This document shows positions 1-8,327 of a stretch of DNA of 64,000 nt, piece after piece. The stretch comes from Polyangia bacterium. GTDB lineage: Bacteria; Myxococcota_A; Polyangia; JAAYKL01. Where the stretch lies: positions 18,938-82,937 of the forward strand of contig JBNKCR010000118.1 in the NCBI GenBank assembly GCA_050287845.1. Direction: 5' to 3'. The first letter of the stretch is position 1, and each line of letters begins with the position of its first letter. Made by a program: the position numbers and the translations under genes. Under the pieces are notes generated by a model. It did no database searches, was not told the DNA's origin, and saw only the letters and a program-made list of their open reading frames with translations.

Positions 1-1170
1 CAGTCCTTCCCACGTAAACGTCGCCACGTCCCCGGGAAGAAGGGCATACGCCATGGTCGCCATCTCACATTGAATGCAGCAGACTTCCGGGTCGGTGGAT
101 ACTTCGTCACAGGCGATGGCGCAACCGGGTTGATTGAGGGTGAGATCCGTCCAGTAGTCGTTGACTTTTCTGGCGCCATGCACGGGAATGACGCCGTCCA
201 GATACACCGTCGACAGCGAGCGATTGGTTACCCGGACTTCAACCGGTTGCTGCTGGACACCGTTGCCCGTCGCCGTATCGGTGGTGGTGGCGGAATCTGA
301 ATCGCCGGTTTCCGTCGTCGTATCCGAATCATTGCCAGTGCCCGTGCCGGTGTCCAGCATCGTATCGCTGTCCGTTTCCGTGTCATCATCGGCGACAATC
401 CGGATTTCCAGATCGCCGTCAGTGTGCGGAATGGACGTGACGGCGGAATAGCGCCGGGGTTCACCTTCAGGTATATATGAATAGATGATGCCGGTTTCAG
501 GGGGCGGAGTGCAGGTGCTCGGGCCACAGGAAATCTCCGTGAAGACATCCACGGAGAATCGATACTCGCCCGCAATGGGGTCTTCACTGTAATGGCAGGC
601 GCACTCACAGGTCTCCGTTTCTGTCTTGAAAAAGCGCCCCTCCCAGGTATAGGTGTAGGTGTCGCCGGGCAAAATGGACACCAGTGCCACATCGTAATCA
701 CAATCGATGCAACAGTATCCGAATTGCTCCCAGTCCTGGCACCCCATCATACAGAACGGCGCAACCGGCTGTTCTGCCGTCCACTGGTCCCCGGAATTCC
801 GCTCGGCGGCAATGGGAAGGTAGCCGTCCAGGAAAACCGTTTCAGATGTCATATTGGTGATGCGAATATCCACCGGCGCCTGATGGACCGTTTCAATGCC
901 TGTTCCGGTGTCCACTGACGTTGCGGTATCATCCGTATCCGCAGTGGAGTCAGTGGCAGATTCTGTAGCGGTTGCGATACCGTCGTTGGAATCCGTTTGA
1001 GTACCGGTGATGGTACCGGAATCCACGCCCGTGGCGCTGTCAGTACTGTTCGCGGATCCTGTCTCTGAGTCCCATTCCGCCCTTCCGCTCTTTGCACAGC
1101 CCGTCAGGGTTCCAGCAATTGCCATCGTTATGCATATGGCGGTCAGTATGCGTAAACAGAATTCATTCAT
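1..1170 (-). CDS. Secreted lipoprotein, 3'-partial (runs off the window start). It has a lipobox signal peptide (…AGTLTGC), Thr/Asp/Ser-rich linkers and two tandem copies of an approximately 85-aa Cys-rich domain.
   Basis: The reading frame is open on the minus strand from the ATG at 1170 to position 1, by manual translation. The N-terminus is MNEFCLRILTAICITMAIAGTLTGC. There is an internal duplication: V(D/E)(I/V)R(I/V)TN…TV(F/Y)LDG…P…W…P…C…C…C(C)I(D/Q)C… recurs twice. The track omits this ORF because it has no stop inside the window. Confidence 0.6.
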   Translation of the reverse strand, partial: MNEFCLRILTAICITMAIAGTLTGCAKSGRAEWDSETGSANSTDSATGVDSGTITGTQTDSNDGIATATESATDSTADTDDTATSVDTGTGIETVHQAPVDIRITNMTSETVFLDGYLPIAAERNSGDQWTAEQPVAPFCMMGCQDWEQFGYCCIDCDYDVALVSILPGDTYTYTWEGRFFKTETETCECACHYSEDPIAGEYRFSVDVFTEISCGPSTCTPPPETGIIYSYIPEGEPRRYSAVTSIPHTDGDLEIRIVADDDTETDSDTMLDTGTGTGNDSDTTTETGDSDSATTTDTATGNGVQQQPVEVRVTNRSLSTVYLDGVIPVHGARKVNDYWTDLTLNQPGCAIACDEVSTDPEVCCIQCEMATMAYALLPGDVATFTWEGL

Positions 1171-1214
1171 AAGCTCCTCCTGATTTAAAGCATTAAGCAT
1201 ACACCCGGCGTCCG

Positions 1215-2924
1215 GTGTTGGGGTACTTGAAGAATAATATCACAGATTCAAATCAGGGTGAACAGGTGCGGGCATCGACACATCCGTTCGGGGGGAGCGG
1301 CAAAATGAAGAAGCGGCGTCCACATCCGGCTGGAAAGGCAGGGCAATCGTACAGTCATGAAACCGAGTTCAATAGAACAGTCAACGTTATTGCAAACGGC
1401 AAGCAAAACACCGTCACCTACCCCAACGGCACCATCGCCGACTACGACTACGATGCACTTGGGCAGCTGGTGTATCTGGAGAACAGGACGGCGGGTGGAG
1501 CGATTATCTCCAGCTATGTGTACATATATGATGCTGTCGGCAACCGACTGACGATGGCGGCGTGTGTGGATGCGGATTGTGTGGCGACGGAGTATGCGTA
1601 CAACATCAATAATCAGATCATCAGCGAAACGACTGTTGGCGTTCTGACCCAGTACTTTTACGACGCAAACGGAAACACCATCGAAAAGGATGTGGATGGG
1701 GTTGTGACCGAATATACCTACGATGACCAAAATCGTCTTCTAAGTGTAAAACCCGCCGAAGCCTCTGGCGGAGGAGGGCAAGCGACAGTTGAATTCACCT
1801 ACGACGCCGACGGCACCAGAGTCAGCAAGACTGTGGACGGAACAACAACCGAATATCTGCTGGATAAGAATCAGCGGTACCATCAGGTGCTGGAGGAGAG
1901 AACTGATAGCGGTGCGTTGATTGCGGAATATGTGTACGGAAATCAGCGCATCAGCATGACGCGAGGTGGGGAAGAGCGGTTCTATCATTATGACGGGCAT
2001 GGCTCGACGAGTGAATTGACGGATGGTGCTGGCCTGGTGACGGATGAGTACTCGTATGAGGCGTTTGGGAATCAGATTGCTTCCAGTGGCATTGGTGTCA
2101 ATCCGTTCCTGTATACCGGCGAGGCGTGGGACAGTGAGACGGGAATGGAGTATTTGAGGGTCAGGTATTATATGCCGGGGATTGGGCGGTTCTTGAACAT
2201 GGACACCCATCCGGGGAACAATCAGGTGCCACTGACATTGAATAAGTATCTGTACGGTAATGCGAATCCGGCGATGTTTGCGGATCCGAGCGGGATGTTT
2301 GGGATTGTGAGTGTTTCGATTTCGATAAATATCGGGAGTGTACTGAGCTCGGTTACGATGGCGAATTATAGCTCTGGTTATGTGGATTTGGCAGGCAATC
2401 CAAAATCAAATTTGTGGTCTCTGGGAGTGAATATTGTTTTTGTTCAGACGCCACCGATCAAATCTCCAATTAATGGAGTAAGGATAGATGGGGATGTAAC
2501 CATAATAAAATATCAAAGTTTAGATAGGAACGACGCTGGTAGAAAAATCGAAAAAAATAATAAGAACAAATTTGTTCCTTTGGGTTCGGTTTCTGCCGAT
2601 ATTGATTTATATGGTCCGACAATCGGCAGCAATATTAAATTGAAATTTAATCCATTCTCTATCACTACGAGTGACACATACTTTTTCAAAACCGGTCGAC
2701 TGGTAAATTTTTCAGATTTCGACAGATTGCCGATTGGATGGAATATTGTTCAGGCAAGCGCGGCTGTAGGCTCATATTCTATTATGTCCGACTTTATTTT
2801 GAAATCGCCAATCGATCAGGTCATAGATATGTCGGGTTGGGATTGGGGACCGATCTGGGGAGCTGGAGCAGTGTTCACTCGGGGATTGCTCACAACAAAC
2901 ACTGGTGTACCAATCATGCCGTAG
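1215..2924 (+). CDS. Orphan Rhs/YD-repeat C-terminal fragment with a variable C-terminal (putative toxin) domain. The track start is GTG at 1215. A better start is ATG at 1305, preceded by GGGGGAG.
   Basis: YD repeats are present (YDYDALGQL, YFYDANGN, YTYDDQNRL, FTYDADGTR, YHYDGHGS). The RHS core end motif is NANPAMFADPSGM. From about 1398 to 2205 the DNA is near-identical to 3750-4712 of the next gene. The first approximately 180 bp are unrelated. The downstream 215-aa tail is low-GC and has no recognisable motif. Confidence 0.7.
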   Translation: MLGYLKNNITDSNQGEQVRASTHPFGGSGKMKKRRPHPAGKAGQSYSHETEFNRTVNVIANGKQNTVTYPNGTIADYDYDALGQLVYLENRTAGGAIISSYVYIYDAVGNRLTMAACVDADCVATEYAYNINNQIISETTVGVLTQYFYDANGNTIEKDVDGVVTEYTYDDQNRLLSVKPAEASGGGGQATVEFTYDADGTRVSKTVDGTTTEYLLDKNQRYHQVLEERTDSGALIAEYVYGNQRISMTRGGEERFYHYDGHGSTSELTDGAGLVTDEYSYEAFGNQIASSGIGVNPFLYTGEAWDSETGMEYLRVRYYMPGIGRFLNMDTHPGNNQVPLTLNKYLYGNANPAMFADPSGMFGIVSVSISINIGSVLSSVTMANYSSGYVDLAGNPKSNLWSLGVNIVFVQTPPIKSPINGVRIDGDVTIIKYQSLDRNDAGRKIEKNNKNKFVPLGSVSADIDLYGPTIGSNIKLKFNPFSITTSDTYFFKTGRLVNFSDFDRLPIGWNIVQASAAVGSYSIMSDFILKSPIDQVIDMSGWDWGPIWGAGAVFTRGLLTTNTGVPIMP

Positions 2925-2939
2925 TAGGAGAATTTGACG

Positions 2940-3245
2940 ATGAAGCAACTGTTTTTCCTTTCTATGATCGTAGTATTTTTGTCCGTGAGCGGTGGATGCA
3001 GGGAGAAGGCATCTGAAGCAAGTGATGAAGTTTTGCAGGAAGCAGAGGACCATTGCAAACGGGAAATTGAAAGAAGAAGCAATTGGTGTTTTACGAAGAA
3101 TGGTTTGATCACTGTTGAAGATATGAAAAAAAATACACCTGCTTATCAGGAAGTGAAAAAGTGTCATGAAGGTCAACCGGCCGCATTCGAAAAATGTATG
3201 AAGGAAACAACTCGAAAACTAAAATTGAAAAATGACGGATCTTGA
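2940..3245 (+). CDS. Small lipoprotein, putative immunity protein for the cassette-1 C-terminal domain
   Basis: The ATG at 2940 follows AGGAG. The signal/lipobox is MKQLFFLSMIVVFLSVSGGC. It sits immediately after the rhs stop (TAG at 2922-2924). It is AT-rich like the toxin tail and about 100 aa long. Function is inferred from position only. Confidence 0.45.
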   Translation: MKQLFFLSMIVVFLSVSGGCREKASEASDEVLQEAEDHCKREIERRSNWCFTKNGLITVEDMKKNTPAYQEVKKCHEGQPAAFEKCMKETTRKLKLKNDGS

Positions 3246-3271
3246 CTTCTGGATTAATCGCCGCAATAAGT

Positions 3272-3363
3272 GTTAACGTCCGAATTGACATCGACCGCTG
3301 TGCTCAAATTGATGTCGTAGGAAATTGAGCTGATTTCCACACTGACGTCGTATTTCTTTGCCG
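3272..3363. repeat. Copy 1 of an approximately 92-bp direct repeat (gttaacg.ccgaatt.acatcgaccgctgtgctca…cgtcgtatttctttgccg), immediately upstream of the rhs-2 start
   Basis: It is about 90% identical to 6230-6324. The differences include a 3-nt indel. Confidence 0.8.
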
Positions 3364-3368
3364 TCCCG

Positions 3369-5357
3369 ATGTCCGCAAACGGTAACGTGGCGACACACAC
3401 AGACTTCACCGGCGAAGTCACCGCGTATTATTACGACGCCCACAATAGATTGGAGCGCGTGGAATATGACGACGGCAGCGAGGTGAGCTACACTTACGAT
3501 ATGTTGGGTAGAAGAGTCAGTGTGACCGACAGCAGGGGAATCACCGCGTATCAATATGATATCCGGGGCCGTGTAACTCTGATAACGAATCCGGACGGTT
3601 CGCAGGTGGGGTACACTTATGACGCAAATGGCAACAAACTGAGTGTTCAGACTTCAAACGGTACCACCACCTATACCTATGATCCTCTCAACCGGATTGC
3701 TACCGTGACCGATGGCTCCGGTGTGACCGTCTACACCTACGATGCAGCAGGCAAGCAAAACACCGTCACCTACCCCAACGGCACCATCGCCGACTACGAC
3801 TACGATGCACTGGGACAACTGACATATCTGGAGAACCGCACGGCGGGTGGGGAGATTATTTCCAGTTATGCGTATACGCTGGATGATGGGGGGAATCGAA
3901 CGAAGGTTGTCCGCCTTCGCCAAGGCTCCGGCGGATCGACAACTACAACGACGACGACATATGCATATGACAACCTAAACCGCCTCGTAAGCGAACAATC
4001 CGCCGAAGCTTTAGCGGAGGGCGGACAAACGTCATCGTATTCGCGGGCGTACACTTACGATGCTGTTGGCAACCGTCTGACGATGGCGGCGTGTGTGGAT
4101 GCGGATTGTGAGGAGACTGGGTATGCGTACAACGATAATAATCAGATCATCTCTGAAACAACAGACGGCGTTCTGACCCAGTACTTCTACGACGCAAACG
4201 GAAACACCATCGAAAAGGATGTGGATGGGACTGTGACGTCGTTTGCGTACGACGATCAGAACCGATTAATAAGCGTGAGTAATGATGGCAGTCTCGTGAC
4301 ATTCACCTACGACGCCGACGGCGCCAGAGTCAGTAAGACGGTCGACGGCGTAACAACCGAATACTTGCTGGATAAGAATCAGCGGTATCATCAGGTGCTG
4401 GAGGAGAGAACCGATAGCGGGGCACTGATTGCTGAGTATGTATACGGGAATCAGCGGATAAGCATGAAGCGGGGTGGAGAGGAAAGGTATTATCATTATG
4501 ACGGACATGGCTCGACGAGTGAATTGACAGATAGTGCCGGTCTTGTGACCGATGAGTATTCGTATGAAGCGTTTGGGAATTTGATTGCATCGACGGGGAT
4601 TGGAATCAATCCGTTCATGTATACCGGTGAGGCGTGGGACAGTGAGACGGGGATGGAGTATTTGAGAGCCAGGTATTATGTGCCGGGGATCGGGCGGTTT
4701 TTGAATATGGATAGGTGGATTGGTGACAGATACTCGCCGATTACATTAAACAAATACTTGTACTGCAACGCTAATCCAATATATTTCACAGATCCTTCTG
4801 GGCTGATGGGCGGTGCCACTCTCACATTGAGTGGTTTGAATTTCGCGCAACTGGGTTTGCTAGCATTGGCGTCTGTAGCACTTCCCACATTTTCAATGTA
4901 TGCCATCCGAGCAAGCAGGTCTGTTGAATTTAACTTTGGTTTCAGTGAGGCGTTGGCTAAACTAACCACCTTACCAGTTTCAATGGAAATGTATGATGCC
5001 ATGCGAAAGTCTATTGAAATTCTTAGAGCAAGAGCGCTATCGGAAATTTCGAAGTTTGGTACTACCCATCAATTGATCGTAATGATGCCAACGCAGCCAC
5101 CACCAGTTACAGCTTCAAGTTTTAAACCTGCGATTGGTGGCCCAACACCTGTTGTATTCGAAAATGGCGGAAACGCGTATCGCATACTTGGTTTACGTAT
5201 GAGAAATCGCCTTACCGGTGAAAATACATGGATTGGCAGGTCAGATTATCATCCTTATCAAAAATTGTTCCCCGCTTCGGCGTATACAGTTCATTATCAT
5301 GTTCCGCCTGACATGAAGATCCATCATTTTTTATGGCCTGAGATCGTAAGCCATTAA
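3369..5357 (+). CDS. Rhs/YD-repeat protein (short, 662 aa) with a distinct variable C-terminal (putative toxin) domain
   Basis: There are many YD repeats (YYYDAHNRL, YTYDMLGRR, YQYDIRGRV, YTYDANGNK, …). The core ends with NANPIYFTDPSGL. The downstream approximately 185-aa tail is unrelated to cassette 1. All three frames upstream of the ATG are closed. Confidence 0.75.
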   Translation: MSANGNVATHTDFTGEVTAYYYDAHNRLERVEYDDGSEVSYTYDMLGRRVSVTDSRGITAYQYDIRGRVTLITNPDGSQVGYTYDANGNKLSVQTSNGTTTYTYDPLNRIATVTDGSGVTVYTYDAAGKQNTVTYPNGTIADYDYDALGQLTYLENRTAGGEIISSYAYTLDDGGNRTKVVRLRQGSGGSTTTTTTTYAYDNLNRLVSEQSAEALAEGGQTSSYSRAYTYDAVGNRLTMAACVDADCEETGYAYNDNNQIISETTDGVLTQYFYDANGNTIEKDVDGTVTSFAYDDQNRLISVSNDGSLVTFTYDADGARVSKTVDGVTTEYLLDKNQRYHQVLEERTDSGALIAEYVYGNQRISMKRGGEERYYHYDGHGSTSELTDSAGLVTDEYSYEAFGNLIASTGIGINPFMYTGEAWDSETGMEYLRARYYVPGIGRFLNMDRWIGDRYSPITLNKYLYCNANPIYFTDPSGLMGGATLTLSGLNFAQLGLLALASVALPTFSMYAIRASRSVEFNFGFSEALAKLTTLPVSMEMYDAMRKSIEILRARALSEISKFGTTHQLIVMMPTQPPPVTASSFKPAIGGPTPVVFENGGNAYRILGLRMRNRLTGENTWIGRSDYHPYQKLFPASAYTVHYHVPPDMKIHHFLWPEIVSH

Positions 5358-5374
5358 AGAAAGGCAAAAATATA

Positions 5375-5743
5375 ATGAGCGCACAAATTGTTTTTGGGTT
5401 GCGAACACAAAAAAATAAAGACGAAATTGAAAATGAATTGAAGGAACGCTGGAACGGCGAGTATGTTGATGTGTTTAGACCCGCTGAGGAAGAAGTAGAT
5501 ATTGAGCTACTTTGCGACATTGCATTCGTCACGGGAGATGATGATGAAAGAATTCAAATTGAATCGATTGCTCGATATCTCCAAAGCGTATCAGAGGATA
5601 AGTACATCTGGTATTACAGAGGAAGAGACTGTGTCGCCGACTGCCGAGCCTCTGATGTTGTATTGAATGTATCTGATATTTTTTCAAAAGATTACGAACC
5701 AGGATTTGTAGATGGCGTTTGGTACCGTTATAAACTTGAGTAA
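5375..5743 (+). CDS. Putative immunity protein for the cassette-2 C-terminal domain (122 aa, cytoplasmic, acidic)
   Basis: It starts 18 nt after the rhs stop (TAA at 5355-5357) and is low-GC. The call is positional inference only. Confidence 0.4.
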   Translation: MSAQIVFGLRTQKNKDEIENELKERWNGEYVDVFRPAEEEVDIELLCDIAFVTGDDDERIQIESIARYLQSVSEDKYIWYYRGRDCVADCRASDVVLNVSDIFSKDYEPGFVDGVWYRYKLE

Positions 5744-6180
5744 GTAAGACTTGATTTCTCACACCACCGCTTTCCCGCCACGGCCACACGGCAACACACC
5801 ACCCCGCGGCCCAACGCCCTCACACCCTTGCACTTTTTTCACCGCCCAATTTTCAAAACCAATTTTTCAACGGAATTGGTTGACTGCGCGCGGCTTTGCC
5901 GTGCTCGTCGACCCGGTCGAAATTATTGCAGCTACACAGACTGGCGTCTGTTTCTCTTTGCAAAATTTCCACAGCGGGTTGGGCCGATTGGTGTTGGTTT
6001 CTTCAGTTCTGGAGAAGAGCTGGTCGATTCGGACTTGGATTTTTAGGCGGGCAGTTGGTGGCGGGTATCCGTCCTGTAAACACGCCTGCTTAAAGGCTAT
6101 TGCAAGGCTATTGGGAAGGCTATTGGGACGGTTCTCGATTTCTCGATAAAGGGTTAACTGGGGCATGGTTGCTGGTACTG

Positions 6181-6206
6181 TTCAGGCATGCCGAGACATG
6201 CCTGAA
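6181..6206. other. Perfect 10-bp stem / 6-nt loop hairpin (ttcaggcatg ccgaga catgcctgaa). Possible terminator or RNA structure.
   Basis: The inverted repeat is seen directly in the sequence. There is only a weak T-run (ttcatt) after it. Confidence 0.4.
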
Positions 6207-6229
6207 TTCATTATCCGGGTGGGATATAT

Positions 6230-6324
6230 GTTAACGCCCGAATTAACATCGACCGCTGTGCTCATCAAATTGATGTCGTAGGAATTTGAGCTGATTTCCA
6301 CACTGGCGTCGTATTTCTTTGCCG
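6230..6324. repeat. Copy 2 of the approximately 92-bp direct repeat. It lies downstream of the cassette-2 immunity gene and no rhs follows it.
   Basis: Direct sequence comparison with 3272-3363. Confidence 0.8.
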
Positions 6325-6895
6325 GTATCATCATATTTTTTTGCCGGGGATTTCCACGTTGACATCATACCCTTGAAAATTACCAAATTCTGGTCATACG
6401 ATTTTGTAAAATTGTATCCCGGGGGATCGTATTGATTTTGTGGTGATACGGTGTGGCGGGTCGAGGTGTTGGCTAAAATGGCAAGTCTTTGTCTGTCATT
6501 TTTGTTGAATCGTACGATGAGGCGGGCAGTTCGTTGCCGGAGGGATCGTACTGCGCGCCTGTTTTATGACGCACGTGGTCGAGCAGTTTTGTTGTGGCGG
6601 AGGGCTTGCATGGGAGGATGGGTGAGGACGACCGCCCGCATCTTTGCTTTGCAAAGCTGCTACACCGGGAATCATTCCGGCCGAAGCCGAAATAATTCTG
6701 TGCAAGACATGTGACACTGTGATCTTCCGATAATATTTATGTTTCCGATGTTCACATGGGTGGCTGAAGGTGAATAATGGAAAAACAGATGCGGATTGAA
6801 CTATCCGACCCCAATCGGATTGTCACATATGATATAGCAGCAAAGGAGAACGCATTCCCCGGAGTGTAACGAAGGTGCAATAAAGGAATGAATCT

Positions 6896-8326
6896 GTGAG
6901 TTTATCTGCAAAAGAGATAGAGATAGCCACCGGCAGTCTCGGTGAATCGATTGTAAATACCCTGGTGCGTAAGGTGATTTCACCGGCGGCGAAAAATCGC
7001 ATATGCCTGGAGTTGCGCGGACCGGGGCTAAACCACTATCTGCAAATCTGCGTTGAAAATCCGTATTGCGCCATTGGACGGGTCGATGCAAAACCAAGAG
7101 CGGCTGAGGTGCCGGCGGCATTTGTCATGTTGCTTCGCAAGCTGTGCATCAATGCCGCGGTTTTAAAAATTGAACAGCTGAATCACGACAGGGTGGTGGC
7201 CATCACCCTTGGGCGTAAAGATTATTCGCTGGTGCTGATGTGCGAGCTTTCCGGACGTCATGGCAACCTCTTTTTATTGGATGAGCAGGGGAACATCCTG
7301 GGATCGTTTCATCCGAATCGATCTCATCTGCGAAAGCTGGTTTCCGGTGCGCCCTACCAACCTCCTGTCAATCCGCCACCGATGAGCGGACAGAAGACCC
7401 GGGTGATGCCCGGATCGGATGCCGACCGGGCGCTGATGACGCTGATGGCCGAATCCGAAAAGAACGCTGCGGCGGATGGCAAACGGGCAATGGTGGCTCG
7501 TGCGGTGAAGGCGGTACTCAAAAAGCAGCGGACGCTGGTGGCGAATCTTCAAAAAGATCAGCAGAATGCGGAAAAAGCCGCGCAGCTGAAACACAATGCA
7601 TACATTCTTCAGGGAAACCTGCGACATATTCACAAAGGCGATACGCAATTTTGCGGGATGGATTTTGAAGGGAGTCCGGTGGTCATTGCCCTCAATCCCC
7701 AGTTGGATGGGGTCGCAAATATGCAGGCCATGTTCGAAAAGGCCAGTCGACTGGGCAAGGCTATCGATCAGATTGAAGAGCGGCTGCTTGCGGCCATGAT
7801 GCGGGAAGAACACCTGGTCGAATTGCAGCAGCAGGTGACGGTTGTCGCGCTGGAAACGCTTGACGAACTGATGGGGCAGCTTTCGCAGATGAATGTCCAG
7901 GTGGTGCAGCGGGTGGGGAAGCGGGGGCAGACCGTGCGATTGCCCTATCGTCAGTATCCCGTTTTCGGCACCCACATCGCGCGGGTGGGCCGAAGTGCCA
8001 GAGATAACGATGCGTTGACCCTGAAGCACGCCGGTCCAAACGATTTGTGGCTGCATGTGCGGGGACTGCCGGGCAGTCATGTGGTGGTTCCCCTGGGTCG
8101 GGGAGAGGAACCGGGACAGGAGTTGCTACTGGATGCCGCCCATCTGGCCGCCCACTTTTCATCGGCCCGCAACGATGATCACGTGGAAGTGACCTGGACC
8201 CTGCGCAAATACGTGCAAAAGCCCAGAGGCGCCGCCCCGGGCGCCGTCCGCCTGCTTAAAGAAAAAACGTTCATCCTCAGAGTGGATCCACACCGTCTGG
8301 AAGAACTGCTGTCAGCACAGAAATGA
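6896..8326 (+). CDS. NFACT-family protein (FbpA/RqcH-like; N-terminal NFACT-N, C-terminal NFACT-R/DUF814)
   Basis: The GTG start follows AAGGA. The C-terminal DUF814-like block is LWLHVRGLPGSHVVVPLGRGEEP. A coiled-coil middle region is present. Confidence 0.55.
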   Translation: MSLSAKEIEIATGSLGESIVNTLVRKVISPAAKNRICLELRGPGLNHYLQICVENPYCAIGRVDAKPRAAEVPAAFVMLLRKLCINAAVLKIEQLNHDRVVAITLGRKDYSLVLMCELSGRHGNLFLLDEQGNILGSFHPNRSHLRKLVSGAPYQPPVNPPPMSGQKTRVMPGSDADRALMTLMAESEKNAAADGKRAMVARAVKAVLKKQRTLVANLQKDQQNAEKAAQLKHNAYILQGNLRHIHKGDTQFCGMDFEGSPVVIALNPQLDGVANMQAMFEKASRLGKAIDQIEERLLAAMMREEHLVELQQQVTVVALETLDELMGQLSQMNVQVVQRVGKRGQTVRLPYRQYPVFGTHIARVGRSARDNDALTLKHAGPNDLWLHVRGLPGSHVVVPLGRGEEPGQELLLDAAHLAAHFSSARNDDHVEVTWTLRKYVQKPRGAAPGAVRLLKEKTFILRVDPHRLEELLSAQK

Positions 8327-8327
8327 T

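Noticed and set aside
228-918. Track ORFs 228-701(-), 592-918(+) and 849-1097(-) at the window start
   Set aside because: A continuous open frame on the minus strand (1170 to 1) with a lipobox signal and an internal domain duplication explains this region. The listed ORFs are in other frames.
3254-3421. Possible approximately 50-aa minus-strand peptide spanning copy 1 of the 92-bp repeat, with a counterpart MMIPAKKYDASVEISSNSYDINLMSTAVDVNSGVN… at copy 2
   Set aside because: Only two copies are available. The flanks outside the repeat are unrelated, there is no ATG in copy 1 and no RBS. I kept it as a note under the repeat finding rather than calling a gene.
5751-6714. Track ORFs 5751-6149, 5867-6166 and 6451-6714 in the post-rhs gene-poor region
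   Set aside because: They are Pro/Arg-rich, lack RBS and start context and have no domains. They are more likely non-coding or decayed sequence.
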